A stretch of 58,074 bases of DNA, the filler included, from Platydemus manokwari (Eukaryota): NCBI GenBank assembly GCA_037951405.1. It is 5 parts of 5 records of this genome, joined end to end, with 100 filler letters (N's around TTAATTAATTAA, not from the genome) between each part and the next. Parts side by side here need not be neighbours in the genome. Positions count along the whole stretch, not along the records: positions 37,354 to 49,167 come from JBBMOY010457778.1; positions 49,268 to 58,074 come from JBBMOY011346983.1; 3 more parts are not named here. The stretch is one strand, 5' to 3'. A model generated the notes under the pieces. The model made no database searches, was not told where the DNA came from, and was given only the letters and a program-made list of their open reading frames with translations. Below are positions 41,066-54,625 of this stretch, piece after piece. Made by a program: the position numbers and the translations under genes. Each line of letters begins with the position of its first letter. Position 1 is the first letter of the stretch.

Positions 41066-43699
41066 ACAAGTAGCATGTTGATAAAATTAATTGTAAACAT
41101 TTTATATAAAATATTAATGAAAATTGTCTACCAGTGGATTTCTTGAATATTAAATTTATAACATTGATTTTAATTTATTTCAGATTGTAAAACCACCACG
41201 TATAACTAGTGGCAGATTTTATCTGGAAAGTGAATTTTCATTTGATCTTTAACTTTTTCGTGATTTGCTGCCAGGTCAAGGTTATATATCGAATGTAATA
41301 TAATGAATTCAATCACATGGATTAGACAGTATTCGTTGCCAATTTAAGAAACAAAATAAATAGACCAAATTTTGTTTTGAAAAAGACCGTACTTCACATA
41401 GAAAGTGAGGTGAAATATTAACTACCTGATGACTCAAAACCACAGATATATTTATTTTAAAAATCGATTGTTTTTATTTATTTTTAGTTTGGTGATCGTG
41501 CTTTATTAAAGGAACGTTGTTGGAGATAATTAAATTCCATTTAGATTAGATAATGATAAATTAGAATTTTTTCACTGTTGGAAATGCTTTTAGTCTTGTT
41601 TGTTGATAAAAGAAATCAAGTCACGTAACGAAGACCGTGGTGCTTGTTATGTTATTACATAAAATCGTCTCGATTTAAAAGCAAAAATTCATTACTATTT
41701 CTTCAAAGTTTTTCTATGGGAAGACACAGATAAATGGGAAATTGATTATAGAGATGTATCTATATCTGTTTCGGTGAAGCGTGTCAGAAAAATCCGTAAA
41801 TTTTTATGTTATTAAATACCCAATCAACGATTATTATTATTAAAAAAAATATCAAAATCAATTTATAAAAATAATGTTTCTCTTTTCACAAAATTGTTTT
41901 TTATCCAAGGACTTTTGTGACCTTGTATCTCGATACAATATGCAATTTCTAACATGAATATTCTAGCCACTGCATTTTTGACTGCAAAAAATATTGATAT
42001 CACTCCTTTGTGATCAAATTGAAATATGTTTCCTTCCGTATCGAAAGTTTTTATCTTCGTCATATAATTGTTAAGTGAGGAAGAAATTTAAACTAAAGTA
42101 ACGCCCCTTCGTATCTCAAAACACTTATTTTTACAAATTATACACACGTGCACAAAGCTACGATAAAGCAGAACATTCATTACAATAATACCCACCTTCA
42201 CACAAGTGGATGAACCCAAAGACTGATCAATCATCGAATCCAGAAATCACAAATTTCAATGCGAAGCAAAGAAACATTAAACGTACAAGTTAAGAGATAT
42301 AAATGCAAAATTATTTAACTACCAATGTCAGTAAATAAATTTTTACGGTTTGTACTTATGATCTAGTACATTTTCTGGTAAATTAATCTTGATTTTAACT
42401 ACTTAATTTAGTTTTTTTAATGCTCCAATAACTTTTACAATTTCATTTTATTATACAGATATTCATTTGATCGACGAAATGGTTTTATAATCCTTTAAAC
42501 ACATCAGTATCGAATAGGAATTGGAGTCCATAATATCATAATTATCTAACCAGTTAATTCGAATCCGTGGTCATTTCATCGACATTCAATATCGCATATA
42601 CCTTGTCCGCTGGTAAACTTTACCAATGCACCATATACCTCTCCTTGTAAAATTGGACTAAATGAAAAGAATCTTTTTATCTTACTAATCAAATGTTTTA
42701 CCAAATAAATCTGAAATTAAGATATAACTTTCACGGATTAGACCAAAATCCTAAAATTTCAGAAAATATATAATAATATATCTCACCTATTAATTTGATC
42801 CAAAAATGTACCAATGTGTTCGTGGATGCAGTACATCAGAAAAACACATAACCATACTAGTTATATTTCATCTAAAAATTCTAAAAGCTTTCTTACAATA
42901 AGTCGTCAATTTATCCACAAATCCACAAATTATTCTAGACCTGATAAGAAAATATCTACCTTACAATCTTAATTACAATTTGTAGACATTTATCATCTCA
43001 CCAAAATAAATGCAAATCGTCTATCTTTCTAATTAGAATCTCATTTTTCACAATTTAATTCTCTTACGATTTAGCTGAAATCCCATTTAAAAAATTTGAT
43101 TAAAATCATAAAATTTATCATGATTTTAATTATCCTTTTCGGTGGACGTCATAATGGGAATTTTGAATATTAATTATTGAATTTATTCAGTATTACAGTG
43201 CTTCAATGAAAATTACGATAGCAATAAATCAGTAATAAATAAAATAATTATAATAACATTGAGATGTTTGTGTCATTTGGTTTAACGATTTATTAATATA
43301 TGTATTTATCTACAATAAATTATCGATAATATCTACTTATAATTGTCATTAAACGAGCAATTCGTTTAATGATGCCATTTCGAATCTGAAACTTCTCACA
43401 AAATATCTTTACTATAAAATAATTTGTATAAATCAATAAAAATTATTAATAAATAATTAAATGAACCAGTAAACTTTTTATTGAATTATTAATAAAATAA
43501 ATAAATGAAAATAGCAATTATATAATCTCTTAATATTGATTATTTACAGTGATCTCAAGATAACTTGCTCAGATGAACTCCAATGATAACTTATAGCACC
43601 TGACTTCGTCTTAAAATTTCGAAAATAAAATAACATTAATCCATTTCAGAAAGAGTTGGGGTAATTGTTTGTTTTTGCAGAAATATTTGTATTTAAATA

Positions 43700-43960
43700 A
43701 ATAAAATTTACTACTGATGAATTCCCAGATCCTGGTTTAACAAATGCAATATGGGCTAGTATTAATGCGATAAATTGAGTGATCTTACTTTGGCTATTTT
43801 GAGAATAGCAAATACTAGAATGCCTGATCCATTTCAGAAATTTGTTTGTAAAATTTCATATTCTTTATGACAAAGAAGTCCATCGTGTGCCATAGTGTGC
43901 TAGAAAAGTGCCTGAGTGTAAGGAAAAACCGATTACTGATATCGAATATTCAAAGTAAGT
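43700..43960 (-). mobile_element. Non-LTR (LINE) reverse transcriptase remnant
   Basis: TLWH/HDGLL and NKFLKWIR followed by a VKPGS segment resemble AFDxVWHxGLL...LxWIxxFL...GVPQGS. Frameshifted. Confidence 0.45.
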
Positions 43961-46900
43961 GTTTGTGTAGAGTTAATTCTCAGCTTAGAAATATAATGAT
44001 TTCAATTACTTTTTCTTGTCGTTATTATCCATATTGTCTGGGTATTTAATCATGCTTTTTGTAATGTTCCGGGGGGCCTTGATTGGTAGATTATTGACTT
44101 CAAATTTCCCAAAGTGATTTAAATGTATATTATGTTCATTATACCTGGCAATAATTATGAATATAATGATAATATAATAATAACAATACTACTAGTAATA
44201 AATAATATTATATTATAAATGATGATGCCAATAAAATTTATAAAAAAATAACGATAATAATATTAATAATAATAATTGTGGTAATAATTAAAGGATTTAT
44301 CATATACTACAATTTACTAAATTATTATTATTACTATTTCAATAATAATAACAACAGATCTTGTGACATTTTAATTGATTAACATCTATACTTTCATAAT
44401 GAATGTACGAAAAATGAATTTGTTTTAATTTCACAGTTCTAATCGCATTTGCAATAATATATAAATTCCAACCAATCAAAAGTTAACAATGACACAAGCA
44501 CAGATAATCACATTAGTTCAGTAAAAGTGAATTTCACATTGATATAAAATTCGTGAAGTATTCTTTATGCAGATAGTGTCTTGGTTCATGTGTAGAATTT
44601 GCAGCCAAATTTGAGGACATCTAGGCTCTATTTTATACCAATTTAATTATATTTGTTAATTTATTTTGATACATTTGACTCAGTGAGTTGGACTCGGCTT
44701 TTGTATTACACCAGTCCTCGAGCGAAAGATTTAATTTATTTATACAGCAATACTATTGCATAAGACGCGGTTACACACGCAGAATTGCTTAGTCTTCAAA
44801 TCGATAGAGAGCAATATATAACGTTACTTACCACTATAGAGTTAGTCCATAAACTATTTCAATCACAGACTTCCGAGAGTCGATAGCTTTACAAATGAAT
44901 TGCAATACGATAGCAAATAAATTATAACCAATTAATAACTTATCAAAACTGATAGTGAATTGGTTTTCAACAATTAGGTGACTGCTAATTTGGAGTCCAA
45001 TCCCAGTACAACATTTCTTTATCAAACCCCATTTCGATAGTCCAAAGATATTTTTTGAGAAGAATTGTTTTTGTGAAAATTTTAAATAAATACACTAATT
45101 TTAATTTATGCTATTAATCGAGTTCGACTACATTATCATCTGATATTAAATTTTGATATCCGTTTATAATATCGTTAAAAATTTCATTTATCTAATGTTC
45201 AATATTAATGTAAAAAAATTAAATTTTTTAATAAATTTTTAAAATTAAATTAAATTAATAATTATAATAAAGTTGATTATTAATTTAAAGATAGTTAATA
45301 ACCGTGTTGGTAAAATATCGAGACATTGTGACTGTCTGACTTGGTTCTGTTTAGATGTCAAATAACTCTTGAAAAATGTTCTTTACAGTGGCTAGTAATC
45401 TTAAAATTACAAAACGAAATATTTATCTTTGTTACCTTCAATCTTTTATAATCATGGGTGCGATAACCCCACTTCAGTAACAACAATTATTTTAGAACAA
45501 TATTTTTTTCAAATAAAGGTGACTCATAAGTGAAAAAATATTAATAATCGAAAAATACGTAAAATCAATTAAGTCTAAAAATAGACAATGGTAATTAATA
45601 AACCTAAAAATAATATGTAAAAAAATATTTTAAAAAAAATAAAAATAAATCAGAAGCAGAAGAGACAAATATTCAAAAATTAATATCAATACAAGTAAGA
45701 AATGTCAAACCGCTAATTACTTACATTATGTTTCTCTCGATATTACTCATTATGGCTTATATTTAAAATTAGCAAGAAACACTTCTAATCAATACGTGAA
45801 ATTACATGTCAACAAAACCAATTTCGATATAAAAAGAAATGCAGGTGAACTAAAAACACCGCAAAACTAAGTTATTACTATTTTACAGCTCTTATTCAAT
45901 TTCTTTAACCTTTGCCCATCAACTAAAAGATTCTTATTTTAGCCGCCATCTATAATTTGAATTCAAAATATCCAATTGATCCAATCCAATTAGAGCTTCA
46001 AACTTTACTAAATTAATAAAAAAATTTTCACCAAATTTAGCACACCTAGCTAGCTATGATAACATGCAGTATTCATCTATATTTAAAGGATGAAGTAAAA
46101 AAAGATCAAATGGAGATATTTTCTTAGAAGACTTTAGTTTCTTAATAATTAACTGCACTCACTAAACTATAATCCTAAATAAAGTTATAGATAATATTAA
46201 AGATCCTGGTAATTTGTTTACCAGGTTATTTGTTATCAATTATTTATTTATTGTTTGATTTCATATTTATAAATGATATTTACCATTGCTATCATGGTAA
46301 TATTGACAATATTTTATTGAATATCTATTTTTAATCATTAATAATAAATTTATTGTTAACCATATTTACTTGGAGTGAGATTGCGTAGAAATTATGAATC
46401 ATGAAATTAGATGACATTTATAAATACCAAGTAATCATAAAAGCTGACAATACTACTGAATGGGAATAAAAAATAGAACCACTTTAACAACTTGGAAAAG
46501 ATGTGAAAAATCTCTTGTTTATAGGAGCTTCTAAATCGAAATAGTTGTCAATGGTCACATGACAATAATAATTTTTAATTAATTTTTATTCGTCCATCAA
46601 TAATCTCACTAATAGCACTATTATTCTAGTTTGGATTAAGTGATACCAAATTGAGTTGTAATTTTTTAATATTTAAGAGGATAATGATAATTATAATTTG
46701 CCAAACATTATTCTGTGACATTTCTATTTTTATTGTAGAAATATATTTGAAATAATAAGAAAATATAAATTTTTTATTTTCTTGAAAATATTTCCAGACA
46801 ATACTCTCAATTAATATTCTATTCAACTGATCTCACCATTATCAGTCGATTTGTCTGAAGGCAAAATATTTCACAAAATATTTATCAATTACCAAACAGA

Positions 46901-48328
46901 CATAATCTTTATTCCCCAATTAACCAATATTTAATAATCAAGAACTGTCAGAGTTAATAACGATCTCTGTTAAATTAGAATAGAACTTAAATTTGGAGAA
47001 GAAAATCGTCTCCAAAATAATTCAGATTATTTCGATTTATGATTATTTGATTGTGAAAAATCAATAATTTCTCTCTAGACTGCAAGCATTGTGTTCTCCA
47101 AAAAAAATGAAACAAGCAATTATTGGATTATAAAGATTAACGAAATTTGAAAATTGATTTTTCTTCTTGATGATGAAACTGTTGCCAATTCCGGTATTGA
47201 TGAATTATTTTCCCAGCAAAATATTAAAGTTAAAAATTATTTATGCAATCAAACTGTGGACAGGTTTAAAATCAATACCTTATCTCGTTGGTGAATGTAA
47301 TTAACATGTCGGTACTATTTAAATTTATATCACCTATTATGCAAAAAATTTTAAAATATTACATAATCGTCACAGAAGACATTTTCATCAATTCTTGTCT
47401 AAGATAGGCTTAATATAAATATTATTAATTATAATTCCTCACTAAAAATAAATGGCTTATATAAATTAATTATTTATAATAATTTTATAGCCACCATTGC
47501 AATTATTAAGAAATGACAAATGTTTGAGATCACACTAAAAGAAAAGCTGATTATTCTTCTACGAGCATTACACACAAAATTACCGAATATTGCTAAACCA
47601 TAGTGGATAAATACAAGTGTAACCCGCATCTATTTAATAAATCACGCATTAAAATGAATCACGTGACTGAAAAGTCAAAACACCAAATTATATTTCTATT
47701 ACAATTAATATCTTGTAAAAATCTGATATTAAATGTTTTCAAATTTTTGTTTAAAATTTTTTATATTGCTGATTTCTTAATTACATCTGCACAAATTCTC
47801 TAGGCATTTATCTACATAATATCTATTTCCGCTCTATTTTATATCATCGCTATACTTGTTCAGTCATCTTCATAGTTTGTCTATTACTACTCTGTATCTT
47901 CTATTCAACTTAGCTACGCCTTTTTACATCTTTTCTAAGTATTCCTCCTTCTCTTCCATACTCCCGTACCATAGACATTCTCAGAATCAAATCCAAATGT
48001 GTGGTCGTCATGCAAACTGTTACTATATAATAAATGACGCGTTGAAAGCGAACTGAAAAGTCACAACACGAAATAACATTTTTATTACAATTATTCCAAG
48101 AAATTAATATTTTATAAAACTCTGATTTTTAAATTTTTAAAATTTTAATTACAAATCCTCACAATGAGTATTTATCTGTGCTGCAAAAACATAAACAGTT
48201 AATAGTCATATTCTTATTGCTAATATATTTGATAATACAAATTGAAGTTGAATTTCTGAATCAAATATAGCACAACAATCTAATAGTGATTAATGCTTTT
48301 TAATTTTATTTACCAGATTTATTGATTC

Positions 48329-48638
48329 CAGTGTTCTTCAAAAGGGAGGTGAGAAATTTCATTTTCGACACTGACTTATATTAAGGCAAAATATCGATCG
48401 AATATTAAAGATCTGGAATTAGTGATGAGACCAGCCGTCATCTAAATAGAGCCAAGATTTGATGTTTTATGCCAGAATAAGCAAAATCAGTGTTATTATT
48501 AAATGTTTTAATTTTTTAATGTTAAAAATATTGTTTTATTAAAAAAAATTACTTTATTATTAAATTTTAGTTCCTTGGGTCGCGAAATAATTTGGACTCG
48601 TAAAGTGGGTCGCAAATCAAAAAATGTGAAGACCTCTG
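48329..48638 (+). mobile_element. 310-bp hAT (Buster/Charlie-type) deletion derivative with TIRs and 8-bp TSD
   Basis: TIRs CAGTGTTCTTCAAA and the reverse complement CAGAGGTCTTCACA match at 11/14. TSD ATTGATTC and ATTTATTC match at 7/8. The internal EISFSTLTYIKAKYRSNIKDLELVMRPAVI*IEPRFDVLCQNKQNQ is a hAT dimerization-domain C-terminus. Subterminal GGGTCGC repeats are present. Confidence 0.85.
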
Positions 48639-49167
48639 ATTTATTCTATCGTTTTAATAAATAAAATTTTAAAAATTCATTTATATAATGTATTGACTTG
48701 ATTATTATTTTATTGATTTTATAATATTTATTAAATATTTATTTACAACGTTAAACAATTCAACAATAAATTCGTGATGTCCAAAATTACAGTAAAATAA
48801 CAACAGTCCAAAATTACAAGTATTTTACGTTTATTTTTGATTGCAATGCATTAATAATGATAATTATTTATAATTATTACTAAATTTGTTATTAATATTA
48901 AGCAAATGATTTATCAATTATAAATAGAATCATGTGACTTGTGATTTTTGTCTGGACAAGAATTTTTAATGTCAATGTTGAATATTAAGTGTTATCAGAT
49001 ATGATTATGATGAACTATAATCATCACTGTTCATTATTATCAACTACTACTCATTGTTATCGTAGTAGCATATTTGCTATTTTTATCGCTTTTATCTGAA
49101 AAATCATTTTTAATTAACTGTTTAACATAAATAGATTTAATAATTCTGATTAGCTAACGATTTTTAT

Positions 49168-49267
49168 NNNNNNNNNNNNNNNNNNNNNNNNNNNNNNNNN
49201 NNNNNNNNNNNTTAATTAATTAANNNNNNNNNNNNNNNNNNNNNNNNNNNNNNNNNNNNNNNNNNNN
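49168..49267. other. Artificial contig-joining spacer
   Basis: N44-TTAATTAATTAA-N44. Confidence 0.97.
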
Positions 49268-49744
49268 AAATAGATTGACAAAAATAGTGTACCTTAAGAA
49301 AGATATATAAATAGAAATTTTTCAACGAATGAATATCTTTCAATTGATTCATATCATAATTTCTTCAAGGAAGACTATTTTAAGAACCTATTGCTTCTTC
49401 AAGCACAAAATTTTCTCATTTTAAAATTGCATATAAAGAATATATTTCATTGTTAAAAAATCACCATTTCGAAATGGTATTAATAAAAAACCTTGGAGTA
49501 TGTATAATTATTTTTATAACTGTTAACAGAATCGCACATGATCTCCATTAGGATATTTATAGCGAATAAAATTTTGTGATCAAGGATTTATACATCAAAT
49601 GAGTATATAATTTGATGATGAATAAAAATCATCTAAAAGTATAACACTGATTAAAATCAGCTGATTAAAGTTCAAGAATTGTTGATTTGATGAATTATAT
49701 TTAATGATTTATACATCAAGGTGAATAATTGAATAAATATTTAG

Positions 49745-51048
49745 GATATCTAAATGCCCGAAGGGGCAAAACTGGAAATCTCAATTTCATGTAGGCGACA
49801 GGATTGAGAGCGTAGATGGTGTAACTATAAAAGACATTAAAGATCTGAGAAAATTGTTGAGATTGAAACGAAAGTTCGACAGAATTTCCTTCAGAATTCA
49901 AAGATTACCTTTCGGTAAAATCTTTTCTGTTAAAATTGAAAACTCTGAAATGATGAATTTTTCCCATGAAAAGCTTCAAGTAAAAAATCATTTTGAATTC
50001 ATCATCAAATGAGGGATATTTTATTTTTAATTAGAGCTGGGTTTTAAATCAAAATGGTAAAGTTAATAATCCAAATGACAACAATAAATCATGGTTCATC
50101 ACAGAAATAAATGGAATCAAATTAGAAGAATGTTACAAACAGGTTAAATATGATTTATTCACTTGTAATTGTGAGGTGGAGGGGGGAAATATTACCAGTT
50201 TATTAGTGAACATTATTTTAATGATTATTTGTTACCTTTACCAAGGCAGATTTACCAGAACCTTAAATGTATGCTTAATGGCAATTTAATCACATTTTAT
50301 CCAACAAACGACCAATCATATTCTATTTAGGTAAAGGTTCTTCGAGAAATATAAATGGATGGGGATTTTCATATTTAATTTCTGACCAAAAAACTTGATC
50401 ATATTTAACCCCTCCAATAATCGATTATTCCCCAGTCGTGAGATAATTTTCCAAATAAAGTGATTTTATCAGTAACCCTTCAAACAAGAATGTAATAAAT
50501 AATAATAAATGAAATTTTCTGGTCTCTTATTACATTTTTGTCTGATATGTTCAAATGTACTACAATTCTATGTTTGGGGATTCTCCGCCTAACTGTATTC
50601 ACAATGTTGTTTGTATTTGTTATTACATTTGAACTATCAAGCGTGATGATTTTTTATTTATAGTTAATTTATTTGTCATGATTTCAATAAAATAACATCT
50701 CTCAGTGACTTTGCTCTAGGTTCTTTCTGTATGATTCTGGAAGTCTGTTATTTATTCAAGTAGCTTAGAATTCTCATCAATTAATAATGCTTCAGATGAC
50801 CATGTATAACCTTAGTTGATTAAATCATATAATTAAGTCTTATTTGTAAAATTACACTCTAAAGGTGGTAGTTTATTGAGTGTGCTGTTTATATGATGTT
50901 TATTTAATCTACTTCCTTTCAGGAAAATATGAAAGATAACTTGGACAAAAGACCACGTCGATTTATCTCAATCATTATGCATTCACAAATGTTTATCGAG
51001 AATTACCTCAATATCAAATTATCCCGAATCGTCCAAACACCGAAATAA
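49745..51048 (+). CDS. Tandem-PDZ domain protein, 3' exons (49745-49979, 50035-50142, 50923-51048); 5' part not located
   Basis: Spliced, stop-free: ISKCPKGQNWKSQFHVGDRIESVDGVTI...FRIQRLPFGKIF...KLQ|SWVLN...WFITEINGIKL...KQ|ENMK...FISIIMHSQMFIENYL...TPK*. GDRIxxVDG and ITEING are PDZ beta-D/E motifs. Both resolved introns are GT-AG and phase 0. Confidence 0.75.
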
Positions 51049-54000
51049 TGAACATGAAATTGTCAGTGTTGGTGTAAAAAGAATTATTTATTCTATTATC
51101 ATGTGATTTAGAGAGAACAATTGAACACTATGTTAATCTGATAGTTCATTATAATATTAATTGTGTAAATTATCATTTCAAATTCCATATTAAAAAAACA
51201 ATTGTTATTAAATAACTAATTATATATTAAATGTGATTTTAAAAAATAGCTACAATAATAACATCATTCTACCGCTTCATCAAAATCATCGACAAATAAA
51301 AAGTAATTATTTAATTGTTTTTCAAATTCAGAATAAGGCATTTTAAATCGCGTTGAGTGGCAACGATATCTGAATTATAATTAAAGACAAATCTATAAAA
51401 TAAAAGAAATTACAATCCCAAAAATCCACATATAGGATAAGTAATAGCAAAAAATTTCAACATTGGAACTCCCAATCTATCTAATGTACAAATAATATAT
51501 ATTATTCATAAGATTTACTTGTATACAAAAGTCTTAATCCGCACAAAATTGTAGATCCTACTATAGCTGATAAGTAAAAACTTCGAGTGCAATTTTTACC
51601 AACATCCATTCAAATATTTTTTAAGGAATATTAAAACAATGAAATATTTCTTTAATATCTATTTCAAATGTTTATGCTTTATTAAATTACTATATAACAT
51701 TTTGTAAGCTAACTGTCAAATAAATGAAGTTTTGATAAAAACAAAAATTTGCTTTAATTTTATAATTTCTAAATTACTTACAAACGCAAATAATAAATAT
51801 GGCTAATTTTTATATTTTTTTCAAAATACGTAATATGTACATACTTAGAATAGTAAATAATTTTTATTATTATTGGTATACTGTTAAAATCATGAAATTT
51901 TGGAACAAAATAAATTCAGATAATTTTACCTTTCTTGTTGTATAATATGATATTTTCTATTACCTAATTACCAATCGTATTTTAAAGGATGAACAATTAA
52001 CGAAAATTTATAGCATATTAAATTAAAAATTATCTAAGTAAAAATCTTTATTAAAAAACAAACAAGTTCAATGAAGTTGTGCAATTTGTTATAAGCAAAA
52101 TTTTATTTATATTACAGTAGCAGATCGTAAGGCAAACTACAGTTTATAACCTCAAACTATAAACAGTTATGATCATCATCAACATTCTCAAAATATCAGC
52201 AACTACAAAAGCTGGTATCTCTAACATTAACACTTAAAATCTTCGATTTGCAAAGTTGATATGGATGGTTAACAATTTTTGTGATATTTATAATTTATTA
52301 ATCTAGAATCGATCAGATAAATATTAAAGTTACAAAAAACTTCGTTTTCTTTTAGTTATTACATCAATGCTTTTATCAAACCATTTCAAATTAGCAACAC
52401 ATATAATCAAAATCTGTAGGGTTCTGCTAAATTTAGAACTGACTTGTAAAATGTTAAAATTAGGTACAAACAATTATTAGCAAAATAAAACTATGAAAAG
52501 AATCACATGACATCAAAGTTTTTATACAAACAAAATACCACATCAATTTCATGCACATAGTTTTAAACTTCATTATTACAAAATTTTGGTGAACAAATAA
52601 TGTTTTTATTCTTGAACAAATTTTAAGATTCAAATATTATTATATCGGAATTAACATTACTTCAGCAAATCATTAATATTATTTGTGACATGAAATTTTC
52701 CTTAAATTTTCCAATAATTTCCAGAATGATGGTGCGAATATAGCCCGAAATCTAAAAATATATTGAATTAAATCTTTTAAAAAAAACAAATAATTTCAAA
52801 GATCTTTAAAAAGTAACCTTCGATAACTGAACCTTAACACGATATTAAAGAAAATCTAAAATAAAAAATTAAATAAATAAAGCAATTCAAACTCACATAA
52901 ATAGAAGACCAAAATAGCGAACATACTCGAAATACAGGAAACTCGGATAAAAAATATATTCAAAAAGCAAAATTTTTAACAGGTTATAAACCAATATTGT
53001 ATTTGATATACAATTCGTTTTATTTGACGGAATATATTATGTTGTTTATTGAATATATCTAGCGGAAGTTTCTACGAATCTCAAAGAAACATTACACCAA
53101 ATCACTTTTACGCTAAAGCGATTTCCGAAATTGAAACCATGGGATTCGCTCACAAACTTAAATCTAAGTGAAGTAGATTCAAATAAAACATAATTTTAAA
53201 TAAAACTTCAATTAAATTACTGATGAGTATTGGTTCTTTTCTAATAAATGCTAGTCATTTTTTTTAATCTCATATTGTATTAATCATAGTGCTGAGTGAG
53301 ATACAATCTTGAATAAACGGATTTGCACAATGGAACTCTTGTTTTATCACTTTAAGTGTTTCCATATCTACGTAACCATGCATGCATAACAACGGGCTAA
53401 TCACAGCGGAGTTAGATGATAAACAAAAATATGAAAAATGGACATAGCCATATTGTGGGCCGTACTGATTAGTATGTAGATTAGAAATAAAGTTTAAAAC
53501 CTTCGGTTTTCGATTCAATAATTATTCAGTTGGTCAGAAGTAAATTCCAACAGACTTTCAGAGTCAGCCAAGATGAGTTATTGTTGGGTTGTATGTGATG
53601 TTAAAAATTGTTTCGTTAATTCAATAGCGTGAGTTCCTTTGCTATATTTAAATTGAATGATCGAAAAAAAACTCAAATTTGTTAAAAACTTTATTTATCG
53701 CAAAACAAGTTTACACACAGAAAAATTTAACTCAAACGATTGACTTGTTGGGGATTCGGTGAAGATAGCGTTGAAATTCAATGTAACAATTCAATGTAGC
53801 ATAGCCTGCAACAATCTAATGTAACGATTTTGATCAACAACTATGACTTGAACAACATTAATATTGCATGGCCTGGCTGTACAGGGATTTGTTATTATGA
53901 CATTTAATAAATGTATCTTGAGTTGTTCAACTGCAATTTCTGTAACAATTTTTATGTAAAGCTTGAAAAATCAAGCACTGTAGTTTATTTTTTATTTTTA

Positions 54001-54284
54001 TCCTTTTAATTAAAATTTTTATAATCAGACTTCTGGATGATTTGTGGAATTAATAAAAGTAATAATAATAATCATCATTATAATAATGATTATGATAACA
54101 ATTTTTATACGGTTAATAAATATAATAATATCTTTCAAGAAAAAGTTAAATATTAAATGAAGAAATATTAAATTATTTATACTTCAAAATTAACGAGCAG
54201 GTTTTATTTTAATAAAAAAATAGGGAAATCTCATGGGAATAAATTTAATTGTACCCATTTTTGCCAATAATCCCTGATGATTAA

Positions 54285-54625
54285 ATTCGTGTCCTGATTC
54301 ATATAGTTAGGGGAGAAAACGTCATAATTTTCGAACCGTCTGTTACAATCGTTTGGAACGAACTGCCTGTTACAACCAATTGTGTGAAGTCGTATTCGTC
54401 AGTTGAAGCTCGTATTCAATCCGATGCATATTTTGCTACAGCCATTGTTCCAGTATATGCTCGTTAACGTAAGTCATATTAGTTTTGTAAACTACTGATC
54501 AATATTATAGACATCGTGCATATTGTTCGACTATAGAGCTTTGACTCAAATATCTTGAATGGTTGTTTTGCTGCAAGAGAGTGCAGTCTATTAACCGAAA
54601 ATCTTCCCCAGATGCTGATAAAGTT
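54285..54625 (+). mobile_element. Possible Penelope-like GIY-YIG remnant
   Basis: Fragments KF/CPDSY...G.KRHNF and AIV.../SHI...I.DI...KYLE weakly follow the GIY-YIG layout. Many disruptions. Confidence 0.25.

Noticed and set aside
46205-46225. Perfect 8-bp hairpin CCTGGTAA...TTACCAGG
   Set aside because: No Helitron CTRR end or other context; may be chance.
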